NCBI GenBank assembly: GCA_040755615.1 | Contig: JBFMAL010000003.1 | Coordinates: forward strand, 8,507 to 72,506 | Origin: Bacillota bacterium | GTDB lineage: Bacteria; Bacillota; Sulfobacillia; DUSP01; DYEP01 | DNA: 64,000 nt | Reading direction: 5' to 3' | Shown here: piece by piece, positions 1 to 9,589 of the stretch | Numbering within the stretch: position 1 is the stretch's first letter | How the letters are laid out: every line of letters starts with the position of its first letter | Translations under genes and position numbers: made by a program | The notes under the pieces: model-generated | What the model saw: the letters and a program-made list of their open reading frames with translations, nothing else | What the model was told of the DNA's origin: nothing | The model's database searches: none

Positions 1-634
1 TTGCGATCGCATCAACAAGTTGCACGAAGGGCGGCTTACCCAGTTCCTCCAGGTTCACGATGTCGCGTACGATAATCTGTCGCACGACCTCCGCAAACAG
101 CGTGCGTACCTTGAGGAGTTCCTTCTTGACGATGAGTCCGGGAGGTCCTGTAACGTCCACCGCGACATCGAGTTCGGTTTGTTTCACTACTTTGACGAAT
201 ACCTGTACAATAACGGTGACGGAGAGCTTCTTGGCAGCCGGCTCTCCAGGCGCCCTGATCAGTTCGACGCTGACGTCCTCGACTTCAGCCCTGATGATCA
301 CCCTGGCCCCGGGTTCAATACCATCGATGACAACCGAGTCAGAGAACGGTATGATAAGGTCCACCACAAACACAGGCTGTGTAGGCACTGCAGCTTCGTA
401 CACTATCTTTACGAAGACTTCCCCGTCGAATATTACTCGGTTGCCCACGATCCTCTGTCTGGTGATCCTCACCGTGGCTATCACGTCGATGATCTGCGTA
501 ACCGGGGGTTTGCCCAGAGCGACCACATCTACGACGCCCCTCGCAATGGTCTGCTTGACAACTTCCCCCAGCACTTCCTCAAAACTCAATCTCTCCGTGC
601 GGACCACGCATAGGTTTCTTATCAGATCAGTCAC
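1..634 (-). CDS. DUF3794-domain protein, partial. The 3' end lies outside the window. Candidate GTG start at 632-634 with a GGGGGGAG ribosome-binding site.
   Basis: The reverse-strand frame is open for the whole 634 nt with protein-like composition (…GVVDVVALGKPPVTQIIDVIATVRITRQ…VVDLIIPFSDSVVIDGIEPGARVII…), typical of the repeated beta-rich DUF3794 or spore-coat-associated proteins. The ORF track does not list it because it runs off the window edge. Confidence 0.45.
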   Translation of the reverse strand, partial: MTDLIRNLCVVRTERLSFEEVLGEVVKQTIARGVVDVVALGKPPVTQIIDVIATVRITRQRIVGNRVIFDGEVFVKIVYEAAVPTQPVFVVDLIIPFSDSVVIDGIEPGARVIIRAEVEDVSVELIRAPGEPAAKKLSVTVIVQVFVKVVKQTELDVAVDVTGPPGLIVKKELLKVRTLFAEVVRQIIVRDIVNLEELGKPPFVQLVDAIA

Positions 635-1007
635 TCGTCTCCCCCCTTTCGTTCCATAGTAATATATGCCTCGGGGAGACCATCTGTCACATAACGTGCC
701 TTTGGAACAATACCACATACCCCGGATATGGCACGCTTTCCTTCAACATGTTTCCCACCCGGAAACAGCGGCAAAGTATACAGGTCTGATTGTCCGAAAG
801 CAAGCTGGGTGTGTCGACAGCAGCCTGTTTTCTGCACGGTGACTCCGACCGGGGTCATACCGCTGCTTTGGCCACTGGAGATGAGCGGTCAAGCAAATAT
901 GCACAGGCGGGAGAATGCAGACCTTCCCCGCCCTTCTGGTAACGCCGTCCCGGGGGAACGCGTGCGCGGGACAGGATGGAGTGTAGTGTGTGAGGAGCCC
1001 TGCAGAA

Positions 1008-1046
1008 AGCAAAAACCCGCCCATTTTCACACAGGCGGGCCCTCTT
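1008..1046 (-). terminator. Rho-independent terminator downstream of the nifU-like gene
   Basis: On the minus strand: GGGCCCGCC-tgtgtgaaaat-GGCGGG followed by TTTTTGCTTTCTG. Confidence 0.55.
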
Positions 1047-1056
1047 GAGAAACAAG

Positions 1057-1287
1057 TTATACCGATAGCACTTCTTTCACGCCCGGGATCTCTTGCTTCA
1101 GCAGGCGTTCGATGCCGTTCTTCAAGGTCATCGCCGACATCGGGCATCCGCCGCATGCACCCTTCAGCCGCACCTTGACCACACCGTCATCCTCAACGGA
1201 CACCAGCTCCACATCGCCACCATCCGCCTGAAGCATCGGACGGATCTTGCCCAGCGCTCTTTCCACTTGCTCTTTCAAGAAATGCAC
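1057..1287 (-). CDS. NifU-like Fe-S cluster assembly domain protein (Nfu type)
   Basis: 76 aa, …[38 protein letters not shown]…, the canonical NifU C-terminal CxxC motif. Confidence 0.8.
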   Translation of the reverse strand: MHFLKEQVERALGKIRPMLQADGGDVELVSVEDDGVVKVRLKGACGGCPMSAMTLKNGIERLLKQEIPGVKEVLSV

Positions 1288-1357
1288 CTCCTTCAGTCCT
1301 CTTCAGGATACTATACCCCGAGGTAGTTGTCCAGACACAGACTGCAAAACCCACATG

Positions 1358-2389
1358 TCACGTCCGCCCGGCTGAGCGCATCCGGGCGGCGGCCTCTTTG
1401 GCTTTCCAGAGCTCATCGCCCAGCGGAGGCAACAGAGGCATCTCCGTGCTACCTTCGACGACTGTTCGCCTTCCGTCGTCCGTAAAATGCCCGATAATAG
1501 CTCCCGAAATCCCCTCTTTCGCGAGTTCTGAAAGAACCTGCTCCGGGGTAGAGGTGGCGATCAACATGCTGCCACTGGATATAAGGCGCAGCGGGTCGAT
1601 GCCGAAGAAGCGGCAGATCTGCATGGTCTCATCTCTCAACGGGATCCTGTCTGCCCACACGCGTACGCCTAAGCCGGCCCCGTACGACATCTCATACACC
1701 CCGCCTAACACGCCGCCTTCGGTTACATCGTGCATGGCGCGTGCCCCACCCAGGATACCGCATGTGCCATCTTTTACCACGCTGATCTCGCGGCTGAATG
1801 CCCTGGCGCGTTCGAGCATCTCGGGGGGAAACTCCGCCGATAACAGGTCATGACAATCAACAGCGAGAATGGCGGTGCCTTCAAGTCCCGCCGCCTTGCT
1901 CAGCACGAGGCTGTCGCCCGGGCGAGCTCCCAGCGCCGTTACGTACCGGCCCTTCTTGGCTTTCCCTACCGCGGTGCAAGAAAATACCATGGATGGAAGA
2001 CCTGCCGTCACCTCAGTGTGCCCTCCGAGTATCTCAATACCCAGTTCAGATGCAGCCCGCACCGCGCTCTCCATGGCGTGCTCCAGGTCGTCGGGCCTTG
2101 AGTCAGGTGGAGCGAGGATGGTCAGCATCACTCCTACGGGCTCCGCACCTGTGGCAGCCACATCGTTACAGCTCACATGCACCGCGTACCAGCCCCCGTC
2201 GGCCTCTGCGCCCGTAATCGGGTCTGTAGACATCACGCACACCCATTCCCCAAAATCGATGATAGCACAATCTTCTCCGGGCGCCGGTCGGAGCAGCACT
2301 TCCGGTCGCCTCGGCGTCACTTTGTCAAGTACCAGCTTCTGCAAAAGTTCAAGCGGCAGTTTTCCCACGTGCACGTTTAGATCACACAC
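1358..2389 (-). CDS. AIR-synthase-related protein (PurM/HypE-like fold)
   Basis: GKLPLELLQKLV… N-terminus, DCAIIDFGE, and glycine-rich PurM-like motifs. Overlaps the downstream gene by 8 nt. Confidence 0.65.
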   Translation of the reverse strand: MCDLNVHVGKLPLELLQKLVLDKVTPRRPEVLLRPAPGEDCAIIDFGEWVCVMSTDPITGAEADGGWYAVHVSCNDVAATGAEPVGVMLTILAPPDSRPDDLEHAMESAVRAASELGIEILGGHTEVTAGLPSMVFSCTAVGKAKKGRYVTALGARPGDSLVLSKAAGLEGTAILAVDCHDLLSAEFPPEMLERARAFSREISVVKDGTCGILGGARAMHDVTEGGVLGGVYEMSYGAGLGVRVWADRIPLRDETMQICRFFGIDPLRLISSGSMLIATSTPEQVLSELAKEGISGAIIGHFTDDGRRTVVEGSTEMPLLPPLGDELWKAKEAAARMRSAGRT

Positions 2390-4586
2390 CCCTTATCCTT
2401 TGACCAACTTGATCCTTATCATACTTGCTTGCCCCTGCACTTGCCACCAGCGCCTGAGCCGTATGCTGCACCTCCAGGCGGATGCCCGCCCGCTCAAGAC
2501 CGCCCCGTATCTGAAGCAGGCATCCCGGGCAATCAACGAATACCGTCCCCGCGCCGGTTTGCTTTATGCAGTCCAGTTTCCGCCTCATTATCCGGTAGCT
2601 TATCCCGGGATGTTTCAGGAGATAAGAACCGCCAAAGCCGCAGCAGACGTCGGATTCCTTCATCTCGTGCAGCCGGTAGCCCAGCGCCCGTAAGACCTCC
2701 CTGGGCTCATCCGTTACGCCCAGGCTTCGTTTCATATGGCAGGAATCGTGGTACGTCGCGGGCGCCCCGTCCGCCACCGGTTCTAAGTCACGCCCGATCA
2801 GTCGGTGCGCCAGGCTCGCAAAGTCCCATGTCCTGGCGGATACGGTCTCCGCCATCGGAGCGAGTTCCGCGTCCAATGACAGTACCTCAGGGTACAGAGT
2901 CTTAAGCGCTACCGCGCAGGTAGGACAGGCCGTGACGATCCAATGAGGCTCCTCGGCAGCCAGTGCTCGTACGTTCTGCGCAGCCATTATGCAGAGCATC
3001 TCCCTGTCCCCAAGATAGTGCGCGGGTATACCGCAGCATGACTGTGCCTCAGGAAACGTGACGCAAAGCCCAAGACGCCTGAGCACGGATGCCATCGCCT
3101 CCCCGATCTCCGGGTAGACGAAATCCACCAGACAGCCGGCGAACACTGCGACTGTGTCGGACCCGGCCTCGCCGGGTTCAAACCGGTCGCGAAACGGCTG
3201 CCGTGCCAGAGCAGGCAGGCTCATACCTCGTGACACCTCGTCAAACACCAGGGGCAGGTGCCTGATGAACCCGCGCCGCGTGGTCACCGGAGCCTGCATG
3301 CGGGACACGACGCGTAAGAGGCCGTGCAACAGTCTTCTATCCGGAAGCACCTTGCGCAGGATGAAGTTAGTAGTCGCGGGCAACCCGCGGGCAGCCACCT
3401 GTTCTTCTCTAAGTGCAAGCACCAGCCTGGGGATGTCCACCTTCGCCGGACAATACTGGACGCATCGCCTGCAGCCCAGGCAAAACTCACCGATTCTTGC
3501 TCCGTCCTCTTTCGACTGGAAAAACGCGGTCAACACCGATCCGATACCGCCGGAGTAGACCTCGCCGTAGACTTGACCACCGATGAGGCGGTACACAGGG
3601 CACACGTTCAGGCAGGCTGAACATCTAATGCACTTCATCGCTTCCCTGAATACTGGGTGCTCTGACATCTTCAGTCTTCCGTTGTCTATGAGTACAATGT
3701 GCAGCTCCTTGGGCTTTCGCCCGTTGCACGTCTCCACTTCGGTCGGACCCGTTATAATGCTGACGTAGCTGGTGATGCGCTGGGCCGTGGCACTCCGGGG
3801 AAGTACCTGGAGCAAGGGGACGAGCTCATCAATGTCGGCAACAAGCTTTTCATATCCCACCAGCACGACGTGAACCGGTGGCAGTGTGGTGATGAGCCTG
3901 CCGTTACCCTCATTGGTGAGCAGCATTACGCTGCCTGTGCTTGCCACCGCCGCGTTCGCTCCTGATATCCCCATGTCCGCCTCAAGAAACCGGTTCCGGA
4001 GTTCCCTGCGCGCCACCGCAACGAGCTCGGAGATCTCATTCCCCACAGATGTCTTCAGGTGATCCGAAAACAGCCTCGCTACTTCCTTACGCGTCATGTG
4101 GATGGCGGGCATCACCATGTGAGAAGGCCTCTGTCCGGCGAGCTGGATGATCCATTCCCCAAGGTCAGTCTCAGTGACCTGGATACCCGCCCGGGCGAGC
4201 ACAGGGTTTAGCCCGATCTCCTCCGAGATCATCGACTTGGACTTCACCACCGTGCAAATACCTCGCTCCAGCGCAAGCTTGTGTACGTATTCCACGGCAG
4301 ATGACGCGTCGGGCGCCCGGTACACATTGGCGCCTGACGCGCGTGCCCGCTGCTCGAACATGTCGGCCAGCTGGCGTATGCGAGATATGTTGTGCTGCCT
4401 GATGGCAGAGATGCGGTCCGCGAGCGCCTCGAACGCGACCCCTGCCAGCGCCTCCTCCCGCGCGGGCAGGTACGCTTCGGAGAAGCGGTGAAGCGCGGCG
4501 GAGAGTTGCGGGTCTGCCAGCGCTCGCCTGGCTTCGGCTGCCAGATCACGGCTGCAGTCCATCGCATGCACCTCCATCACCGTCAC
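2382..4586 (-). CDS. LutB-LutA fusion protein: Fe-S lactate-utilization subunit B (LUD domain plus 2x4Fe-4S) fused to a C-terminal LutA-like CCG-domain module
   Basis: N-terminal half: HMVMPAIH…, CIRCSACLNVCP…CLGCRRCVQYCP. C-terminal approx. 270 aa: cysteine-rich CCG repeats (VTACPTC…, YHDSCH…, FVDCPGC…). Confidence 0.75.
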   Translation of the reverse strand: MTVMEVHAMDCSRDLAAEARRALADPQLSAALHRFSEAYLPAREEALAGVAFEALADRISAIRQHNISRIRQLADMFEQRARASGANVYRAPDASSAVEYVHKLALERGICTVVKSKSMISEEIGLNPVLARAGIQVTETDLGEWIIQLAGQRPSHMVMPAIHMTRKEVARLFSDHLKTSVGNEISELVAVARRELRNRFLEADMGISGANAAVASTGSVMLLTNEGNGRLITTLPPVHVVLVGYEKLVADIDELVPLLQVLPRSATAQRITSYVSIITGPTEVETCNGRKPKELHIVLIDNGRLKMSEHPVFREAMKCIRCSACLNVCPVYRLIGGQVYGEVYSGGIGSVLTAFFQSKEDGARIGEFCLGCRRCVQYCPAKVDIPRLVLALREEQVAARGLPATTNFILRKVLPDRRLLHGLLRVVSRMQAPVTTRRGFIRHLPLVFDEVSRGMSLPALARQPFRDRFEPGEAGSDTVAVFAGCLVDFVYPEIGEAMASVLRRLGLCVTFPEAQSCCGIPAHYLGDREMLCIMAAQNVRALAAEEPHWIVTACPTCAVALKTLYPEVLSLDAELAPMAETVSARTWDFASLAHRLIGRDLEPVADGAPATYHDSCHMKRSLGVTDEPREVLRALGYRLHEMKESDVCCGFGGSYLLKHPGISYRIMRRKLDCIKQTGAGTVFVDCPGCLLQIRGGLERAGIRLEVQHTAQALVASAGASKYDKDQVGQRIRGV

Positions 4587-5121
4587 GCGTTAATAATAGG
4601 AAGATCACGAGTCTGCCTGGGCCGTGCACTCCAAGGGTCAGCTCGCGTTCAATATCGGCGGTCCTGCTCGGACCGGTCACCATCGCCACGTATGCCGGAG
4701 GCCGCGGTCGCACGTACATACGGGAAAGCGCTGTGGCCATATCAGGTACGAGGTCATCCGAGTTCAGGATCGCCACGTGCACGGGCGGAAGTGATGAAAC
4801 CAGCCGGGCGTCGTACGTGCTGGCGTCAGCCACCAGGGTCCCCGTATCCGCCACGCCCATTTCATAGCAGCATATCCCGAGCGCTGCGCCCGCGGCCGAA
4901 CATTTGTCAACGGGCAAGACTTCCACTCCCGCCTCACGAAGCGCTTCCTCGACCTTGCGCTCTATCAGTCCGCCCCCGCCTACCACAGCGGAAGAAAGCC
5001 CATGATCCCGTGCCAGGCACACGATCTGTGCGCTGAGCTCACCGAGGCCCCGCGACTCTTTCACCTCTGCCGAAGCCGCCGAAGCTGATTTCTTAAAGAC
5101 CTCTACCAGATCCCCGCTCAT
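4546..5121 (-). CDS. lutC: LutC-like LUD-domain protein. Start placed at the internal ATG (MSGDLVEV…).
   Basis: LUD/DUF162 signature …GVADTGTLV…; lies in operon with lutB/lutA. The longer ORF (start 5187) overlaps the upstream gene by 95 nt. Confidence 0.6.
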   Translation of the reverse strand: MSGDLVEVFKKSASAASAEVKESRGLGELSAQIVCLARDHGLSSAVVGGGGLIERKVEEALREAGVEVLPVDKCSAAGAALGICCYEMGVADTGTLVADASTYDARLVSSLPPVHVAILNSDDLVPDMATALSRMYVRPRPPAYVAMVTGPSRTADIERELTLGVHGPGRLVIFLLLTRDGDGGACDGLQP

Positions 5122-6403
5122 AGCCCTGGTCTTCCCTACCTTCCGCCCTGTACGACATGGCGACAAGTTCCAGCGTGTGCATGACACGGGTTCCTATACC
5201 CGCCTGGTGTGATGCATCCTCGATCTGCATTCGGCACGCGCCGCACCCAGTCGCGACCGCGGCGGCTCTGGTCTCCCGTATACTCCGGAGCTTTTGCTCC
5301 GTGATGGAAAGCGATAATGCGTAATGAGACAGCGAAAACGACCCGGCTCCTCCGCAACATCTATCTGCCAACGCCATCTCGCGAAACTCCATGCCCGGGA
5401 TAGCTGCAAGCAGCCGTCGCGGCGCCTCGTACACACCCTGCCCGCGCAACAGATGACACGGGTCATGGTAGGTGACGCTCATCGAAATCCTTCCCTCTGG
5501 AGGGCGGTACCCAGCCTTCACCAGGTACTCGGAGATGTCGTACGTCCTTGCCGCCCACCGTCTCGCGGCATCCTCCATGGGCCCCCCCTCGCATAGCGCG
5601 GGGTAATGCTTCTTCAGCGCGCTGCCGCACGTAGCGCACGCCGTGACTATCGCATCAGGCCTGTACTTTTCAACAACCTGCAGGTTATATCCGGCCATTT
5701 GACGCGCTGTGATTACATCTCCGTTAGTAAACACGGGCGTGCCGCAACAATGCTGCTCCCCAGGCAGCAACACCCGGGCACCGTTTCTCTCCAACACCTC
5801 GAGCACAGCTCGCCCGACCCCGGTGTACACGTAGTTGATAAGACAACCTGTGAAGAACAGCACCCGAGCACCGCGCGCACCCCGGTCCTCATTCACGGTA
5901 GCGGATTTCAGAAAGGGGGTGGGCGCAAGCCTCGGCACGACCCGCCGCATGCTAATACCCAGCGGTAGCCTGGGCCTTCCGCCTGGCCCCGGATCCGACC
6001 GGAACAGAAGCGGCCATGTTCGCGCACCCGCATGGAGCAGGGCGCGAAACAGCGAAGGGTTATGAAGCAACCCCCGGAACACAAGCCACCGGAGCCCACC
6101 GAGGCCTCTCTGCCTCGCAGCCTGGACCCTGGCACCAAGGAAGATCTCCTCGGTCATCACTCCGGTGGGGCATCCGGCAGCGCATCCAAGACACAACGTG
6201 CATGTATAAAGCCTGTCCACCGCTGTGCGCGACCAGGCCATCTCGCCGTCCCTCACCGCCTTCACCAGCCTGATCTTGCCCCTGGCCGCTACTGACTCGG
6301 TGAACAGTCTCTTGTATATGGGGCAGTGGGCCTGGCAGAAACCGCACCTGACACACTGCTTCAGCATCCTGTCAAGCAGGGCGGGGTCATCGAAATAGCT
6401 CAT
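5093..6403 (-). CDS. GlcF-like Fe-S subunit (2x4Fe-4S plus two CCG domains) of a glycolate/D-lactate oxidase
   Basis: CVRCGFCQAHCP…CTLCLGCAAGCP, then CCG-type cysteine motifs (FFTGCL…, VTACATC…, YHDPCH…, CCGGAG). Confidence 0.75.
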   Translation of the reverse strand: MSYFDDPALLDRMLKQCVRCGFCQAHCPIYKRLFTESVAARGKIRLVKAVRDGEMAWSRTAVDRLYTCTLCLGCAAGCPTGVMTEEIFLGARVQAARQRGLGGLRWLVFRGLLHNPSLFRALLHAGARTWPLLFRSDPGPGGRPRLPLGISMRRVVPRLAPTPFLKSATVNEDRGARGARVLFFTGCLINYVYTGVGRAVLEVLERNGARVLLPGEQHCCGTPVFTNGDVITARQMAGYNLQVVEKYRPDAIVTACATCGSALKKHYPALCEGGPMEDAARRWAARTYDISEYLVKAGYRPPEGRISMSVTYHDPCHLLRGQGVYEAPRRLLAAIPGMEFREMALADRCCGGAGSFSLSHYALSLSITEQKLRSIRETRAAAVATGCGACRMQIEDASHQAGIGTRVMHTLELVAMSYRAEGREDQGYERGSGRGL

Positions 6404-6406
6404 GTG

Positions 6407-7795
6407 TCACACCTCCCCGACCAGCTTGCCGGGGTTGAAAAGGCCCTTTGGATCCAGCGCCCGCTTCACCGCCCTCATAGCCGAAAGCGCCGCCTGGGAA
6501 AACTCCATCTCCATGTACTTCTGCTTGGTACGCCCGATCCCGTGCTCGCCGGAAAGCGTACCTCCGAGCTTCAGTGCCGCTGCATAGACCTCGTCGATAG
6601 CCTGCCTTACCCGCACCATCTCCTGCTCATCGCTGATGTCCGTCAGTATCGTGGGGTGAAGGTTGCCGTCTCCCGCGTGCCCCATCGTACCTATGATGAC
6701 CCCATACTTCTCCGCTATCGTCCTGATTTCTTTTAGCATCTCGGGCACCCGGTTTCTTGGTACCGTAGCGTCCTCTACCATCATGGAGGGACGCACCCGG
6801 GACAGCGCAGGCAGCGCGGTCCGCCTCGCCGTCCAGAGCTGCTCTCTTTCCCTTTCAGTCTCCGCAAGACGCACAAAAGAGGCGCCCGAGTCAAGCAGCG
6901 CGGCCATGACTTTCGCAGCTTCTCGCTCCACTGCCTCTTTCACCCCGTCTACCTCAATGAGGAGTATTGCAGCCGCGTCCAGCGGTAGCCCGCACCTGTT
7001 ATATTCCTCAACTGCGCGTATCGTGGTGTTGTCGAGTATCTCCAGCGTCGCGGGGATCACGCGGCCCTCAATGATCCGCGCGACAGCCCTTCCCGCAGAG
7101 TCAAGGTCCAAAAAGGCTGCCATCATCGTCCGACGATACTCGGGCAAAGGCAGCAGCTTGACGGTGATTTCGGTGATGATCCCCAGCGTACCTTCGCTCC
7201 CGGTAAAGAGGTGCACCATGTCATAGCCGCTCACGTTCTTCACCGTCTTACCGCCGAACCGGGCCATTTCACCATCAGGCAGTACAACCGAGAGCCCAAG
7301 CACATAGTGCTTGGTCACCCCGTACTTCAATCCCCGCAACCCGCCGGAACACTCGGCGACGCTGCCGCCCATTGTGGCCTGGGCCACAGTCCCCGGATCC
7401 GGAGGATACATCAGGCCATACGGCGCGCACGCGTCGTTTAAGTCCTGAATGATCACGCCAGGCTCCACTGTGGCAGTGAGGTTGTCGGTGTCCACTTCGA
7501 GAATGCGGTTCATCCTGAGCAGGGAAACCACCACCCCGCCCCGCTCGGGCAGGGTGCCTCCGCTCAAGTTGGTGCCCGACCCCCTCGGGTACACAGGTAG
7601 AGAGTACCTGTCCGCTATACGTACCACGGCCTGTACCTCGCCTGCGGTCTCGGGCATCACGATCACACCCGGGACGTGCTCGTCGAGACCGCCCGCCGCG
7701 TCAAACGCGTAGCACACCAGGTCCTCGATGTCCGTCAGCACTCTGTCTCTGCCCAGCGCGTCGCGCAGTTCCCTTATCACTTCAAAGGAGAGCAT
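6407..7795 (-). CDS. glcD: FAD-linked oxidase, GlcD / D-lactate dehydrogenase family
   Basis: FAD-binding PCMH motifs (…VYPRGSGTNLSGG…), C-terminal GTLSGEHGIG. Start moved to the internal ATG at 7795, which has a GGAGGTG ribosome-binding site. Confidence 0.8.
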   Translation of the reverse strand: MLSFEVIRELRDALGRDRVLTDIEDLVCYAFDAAGGLDEHVPGVIVMPETAGEVQAVVRIADRYSLPVYPRGSGTNLSGGTLPERGGVVVSLLRMNRILEVDTDNLTATVEPGVIIQDLNDACAPYGLMYPPDPGTVAQATMGGSVAECSGGLRGLKYGVTKHYVLGLSVVLPDGEMARFGGKTVKNVSGYDMVHLFTGSEGTLGIITEITVKLLPLPEYRRTMMAAFLDLDSAGRAVARIIEGRVIPATLEILDNTTIRAVEEYNRCGLPLDAAAILLIEVDGVKEAVEREAAKVMAALLDSGASFVRLAETEREREQLWTARRTALPALSRVRPSMMVEDATVPRNRVPEMLKEIRTIAEKYGVIIGTMGHAGDGNLHPTILTDISDEQEMVRVRQAIDEVYAAALKLGGTLSGEHGIGRTKQKYMEMEFSQAALSAMRAVKRALDPKGLFNPGKLVGEV

Positions 7796-7934
7796 GAGCG
7801 ACACCTCCAGTCCGAAAGTCCCCGCTGTATGGATTCCATGCCGGATTTCCGTTTTCCTGTCCCCCCGGTCTTGAAAGGCCTGCAGGAGATCGGGGAATAC
7901 ATTAAGAAACATGAAAAGACTGGAGGTGTGGTAC

Positions 7935-8774
7935 ATGGAGCAGTTTGTGGCGAGTGCAGTTCAAATCAGCGCATCGCCCATGGCCGTTGATGATAACATG
8001 GAGAAGGTCATCTCCTGGTACAGGGAGGTCAGGTCTTCCCGCAACGCGGACTTGATTGTATTTCCCGAGACCGTCACAACCGGGTTCAACCCGGGAAACA
8101 GGGCAGGCGAGCTATGGGAACTCGTCGACACCATACCCGGCAAGCTCACCGAGCGCATCGAGAAAGAAATGAAAAGAAGCGGGGGTTACGTGGTGTTCCC
8201 CACCTACGAACGCGGATCTCTGCCGGGGGTCGTGTACAACGCGGCGGTGCTCATCGGTAGCGAGGGCATCGTCGGCGTCTACAGGAAGACCCACCCGTTC
8301 CCCGGGGAAAAATGCTGGGTCACGCCTGGACAGGAGGCGCAGGTATTTGAGACCAGCCTGGGCCGCATTGGTATGATCATCTGCTATGACGGGGACTTTC
8401 CCGAGCTCTCGCGGCTGCTTAAGCTGAAAGGCGCCGAGATCATCGTGCGCCCCTCTGCGTTCCTCAGAGACCACGGGCTGTGGTCGCTGACAAACCAGGC
8501 ACGCGCATATGACAACCAGGTGTGGGTAGTCGCCACCAACAGTATCGGCACTGACGCGGCAGGCTATCACTACTTCGGCCACAGCATGATCGTATCCCCG
8601 CACGGCCAGGTGGTGGCGTCGGCGCGCGGGGTGGAAGAGTCCGTGGAAGCGCTAATCGGTCCGGGCGTAGATCCGCGTCACGGCAAGACCATCCCACTGG
8701 TGGATCACGTGGGGGATCTGAACTCAAGGGTGCTCTCTGAGCTTGCCGGCATCTACGGGCAGATGAAGGACTAG
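7935..8774 (+). CDS. Carbon-nitrogen hydrolase family protein (nitrilase/amidase superfamily)
   Basis: …LIVFPE… (Glu), …RKTHPF… (Lys), …MIICYDGDFPE… (Cys). ATG at 7935 sits behind GGAGGTG. Confidence 0.75.
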   Translation: MEQFVASAVQISASPMAVDDNMEKVISWYREVRSSRNADLIVFPETVTTGFNPGNRAGELWELVDTIPGKLTERIEKEMKRSGGYVVFPTYERGSLPGVVYNAAVLIGSEGIVGVYRKTHPFPGEKCWVTPGQEAQVFETSLGRIGMIICYDGDFPELSRLLKLKGAEIIVRPSAFLRDHGLWSLTNQARAYDNQVWVVATNSIGTDAAGYHYFGHSMIVSPHGQVVASARGVEESVEALIGPGVDPRHGKTIPLVDHVGDLNSRVLSELAGIYGQMKD

Positions 8775-8942
8775 CCGGGCGGGAAGTCACATCTTATCTG
8801 CCTGATGATCCGCCCGCGTCACAGTTTATGTCCACTATCTGTCCTGCAGCATACCCGACAGGATCTCCCGCAGCGCTGTGGGCGTTACCTTCCTGCCTCT
8901 GCGCGCGTGACTGGGAACACTCACGTAAGAAGGAGAACTTTC

Positions 8943-9539
8943 ATGTCCAGCTTGTTCTACAGCGCAGTCGCCGGGTTATATGATACGCTGGCAGGCAGAT
9001 ACATTCAGTCAAGGCTTATCTCTGGCCTTTCTCTCCTCGGGGATATTGCCGGTCAGCGCGTGCTAGACGTAGGTACTGGCACAGGAATAGTCGCCGCATC
9101 GCTTGCCGAGTCAGGCGCCATCGTCACTGGCGTGGACCTGTCTGAACCTATGCTGCGTAGGGCCCGCAGCAAGCGCATACCTGGTGCGACGTTTCTCCGT
9201 ATGGATGCGAAGGAGCTCGCCTTCCCCGATGCTTCGTTTCACGTATCCACCATCTCCATGGTGCTTCACGAGATGTCCCCATCCGACCGCAAGAGGATTC
9301 TATCGGAGATGATCAGAGTGACGCAAAAGTCCCTGCTGGTTATCGAGTTTGCGGCAAGGCCGAGCGGCGTCATTATCCCTTTGTTTCTCTCCCTGCTTGA
9401 AATTGGTCACTCCGCATACTACCGGGATTTCATACGGCGTGGTCCCATCAGCGTCATCTCGGAAAACGGCCTCGTGATCGCCAGAACGCTACAAAGCGGT
9501 CTTCTTGGGTTTTACCTCTGCCAGCCGGAGCGCCGTTAG
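8943..9539 (+). CDS. Class I SAM-dependent methyltransferase
   Basis: VLDVGTGTGI motif (motif I), then DLSEPML; ribosome-binding site AAGGAGA before ATG 8943. Confidence 0.75.
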   Translation: MSSLFYSAVAGLYDTLAGRYIQSRLISGLSLLGDIAGQRVLDVGTGTGIVAASLAESGAIVTGVDLSEPMLRRARSKRIPGATFLRMDAKELAFPDASFHVSTISMVLHEMSPSDRKRILSEMIRVTQKSLLVIEFAARPSGVIIPLFLSLLEIGHSAYYRDFIRRGPISVISENGLVIARTLQSGLLGFYLCQPERR

Positions 9540-9589
9540 AGTACCCCAGGTCCAGATTTCACAACCCCCTTGCCACACCCGTATAACCT

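Noticed and set aside
20-659. Plus-strand ORFs 20-613 and 60-659 (197 and 199 aa)
   Set aside because: Low-complexity, compositionally odd translations overlapping a much more protein-like minus-strand frame that has a GTG start and ribosome-binding site. Treated as shadow ORFs of the DUF3794-like gene.
728-1326. Cluster of overlapping 60-137-aa ORFs on both strands between the DUF3794 gene and nifU
   Set aside because: They are mutually overlapping and have no ribosome-binding sites. They are Arg/Pro/Gly-rich as expected from random GC-rich frames. The region is more plausibly a promoter or leader for the divergent genes.
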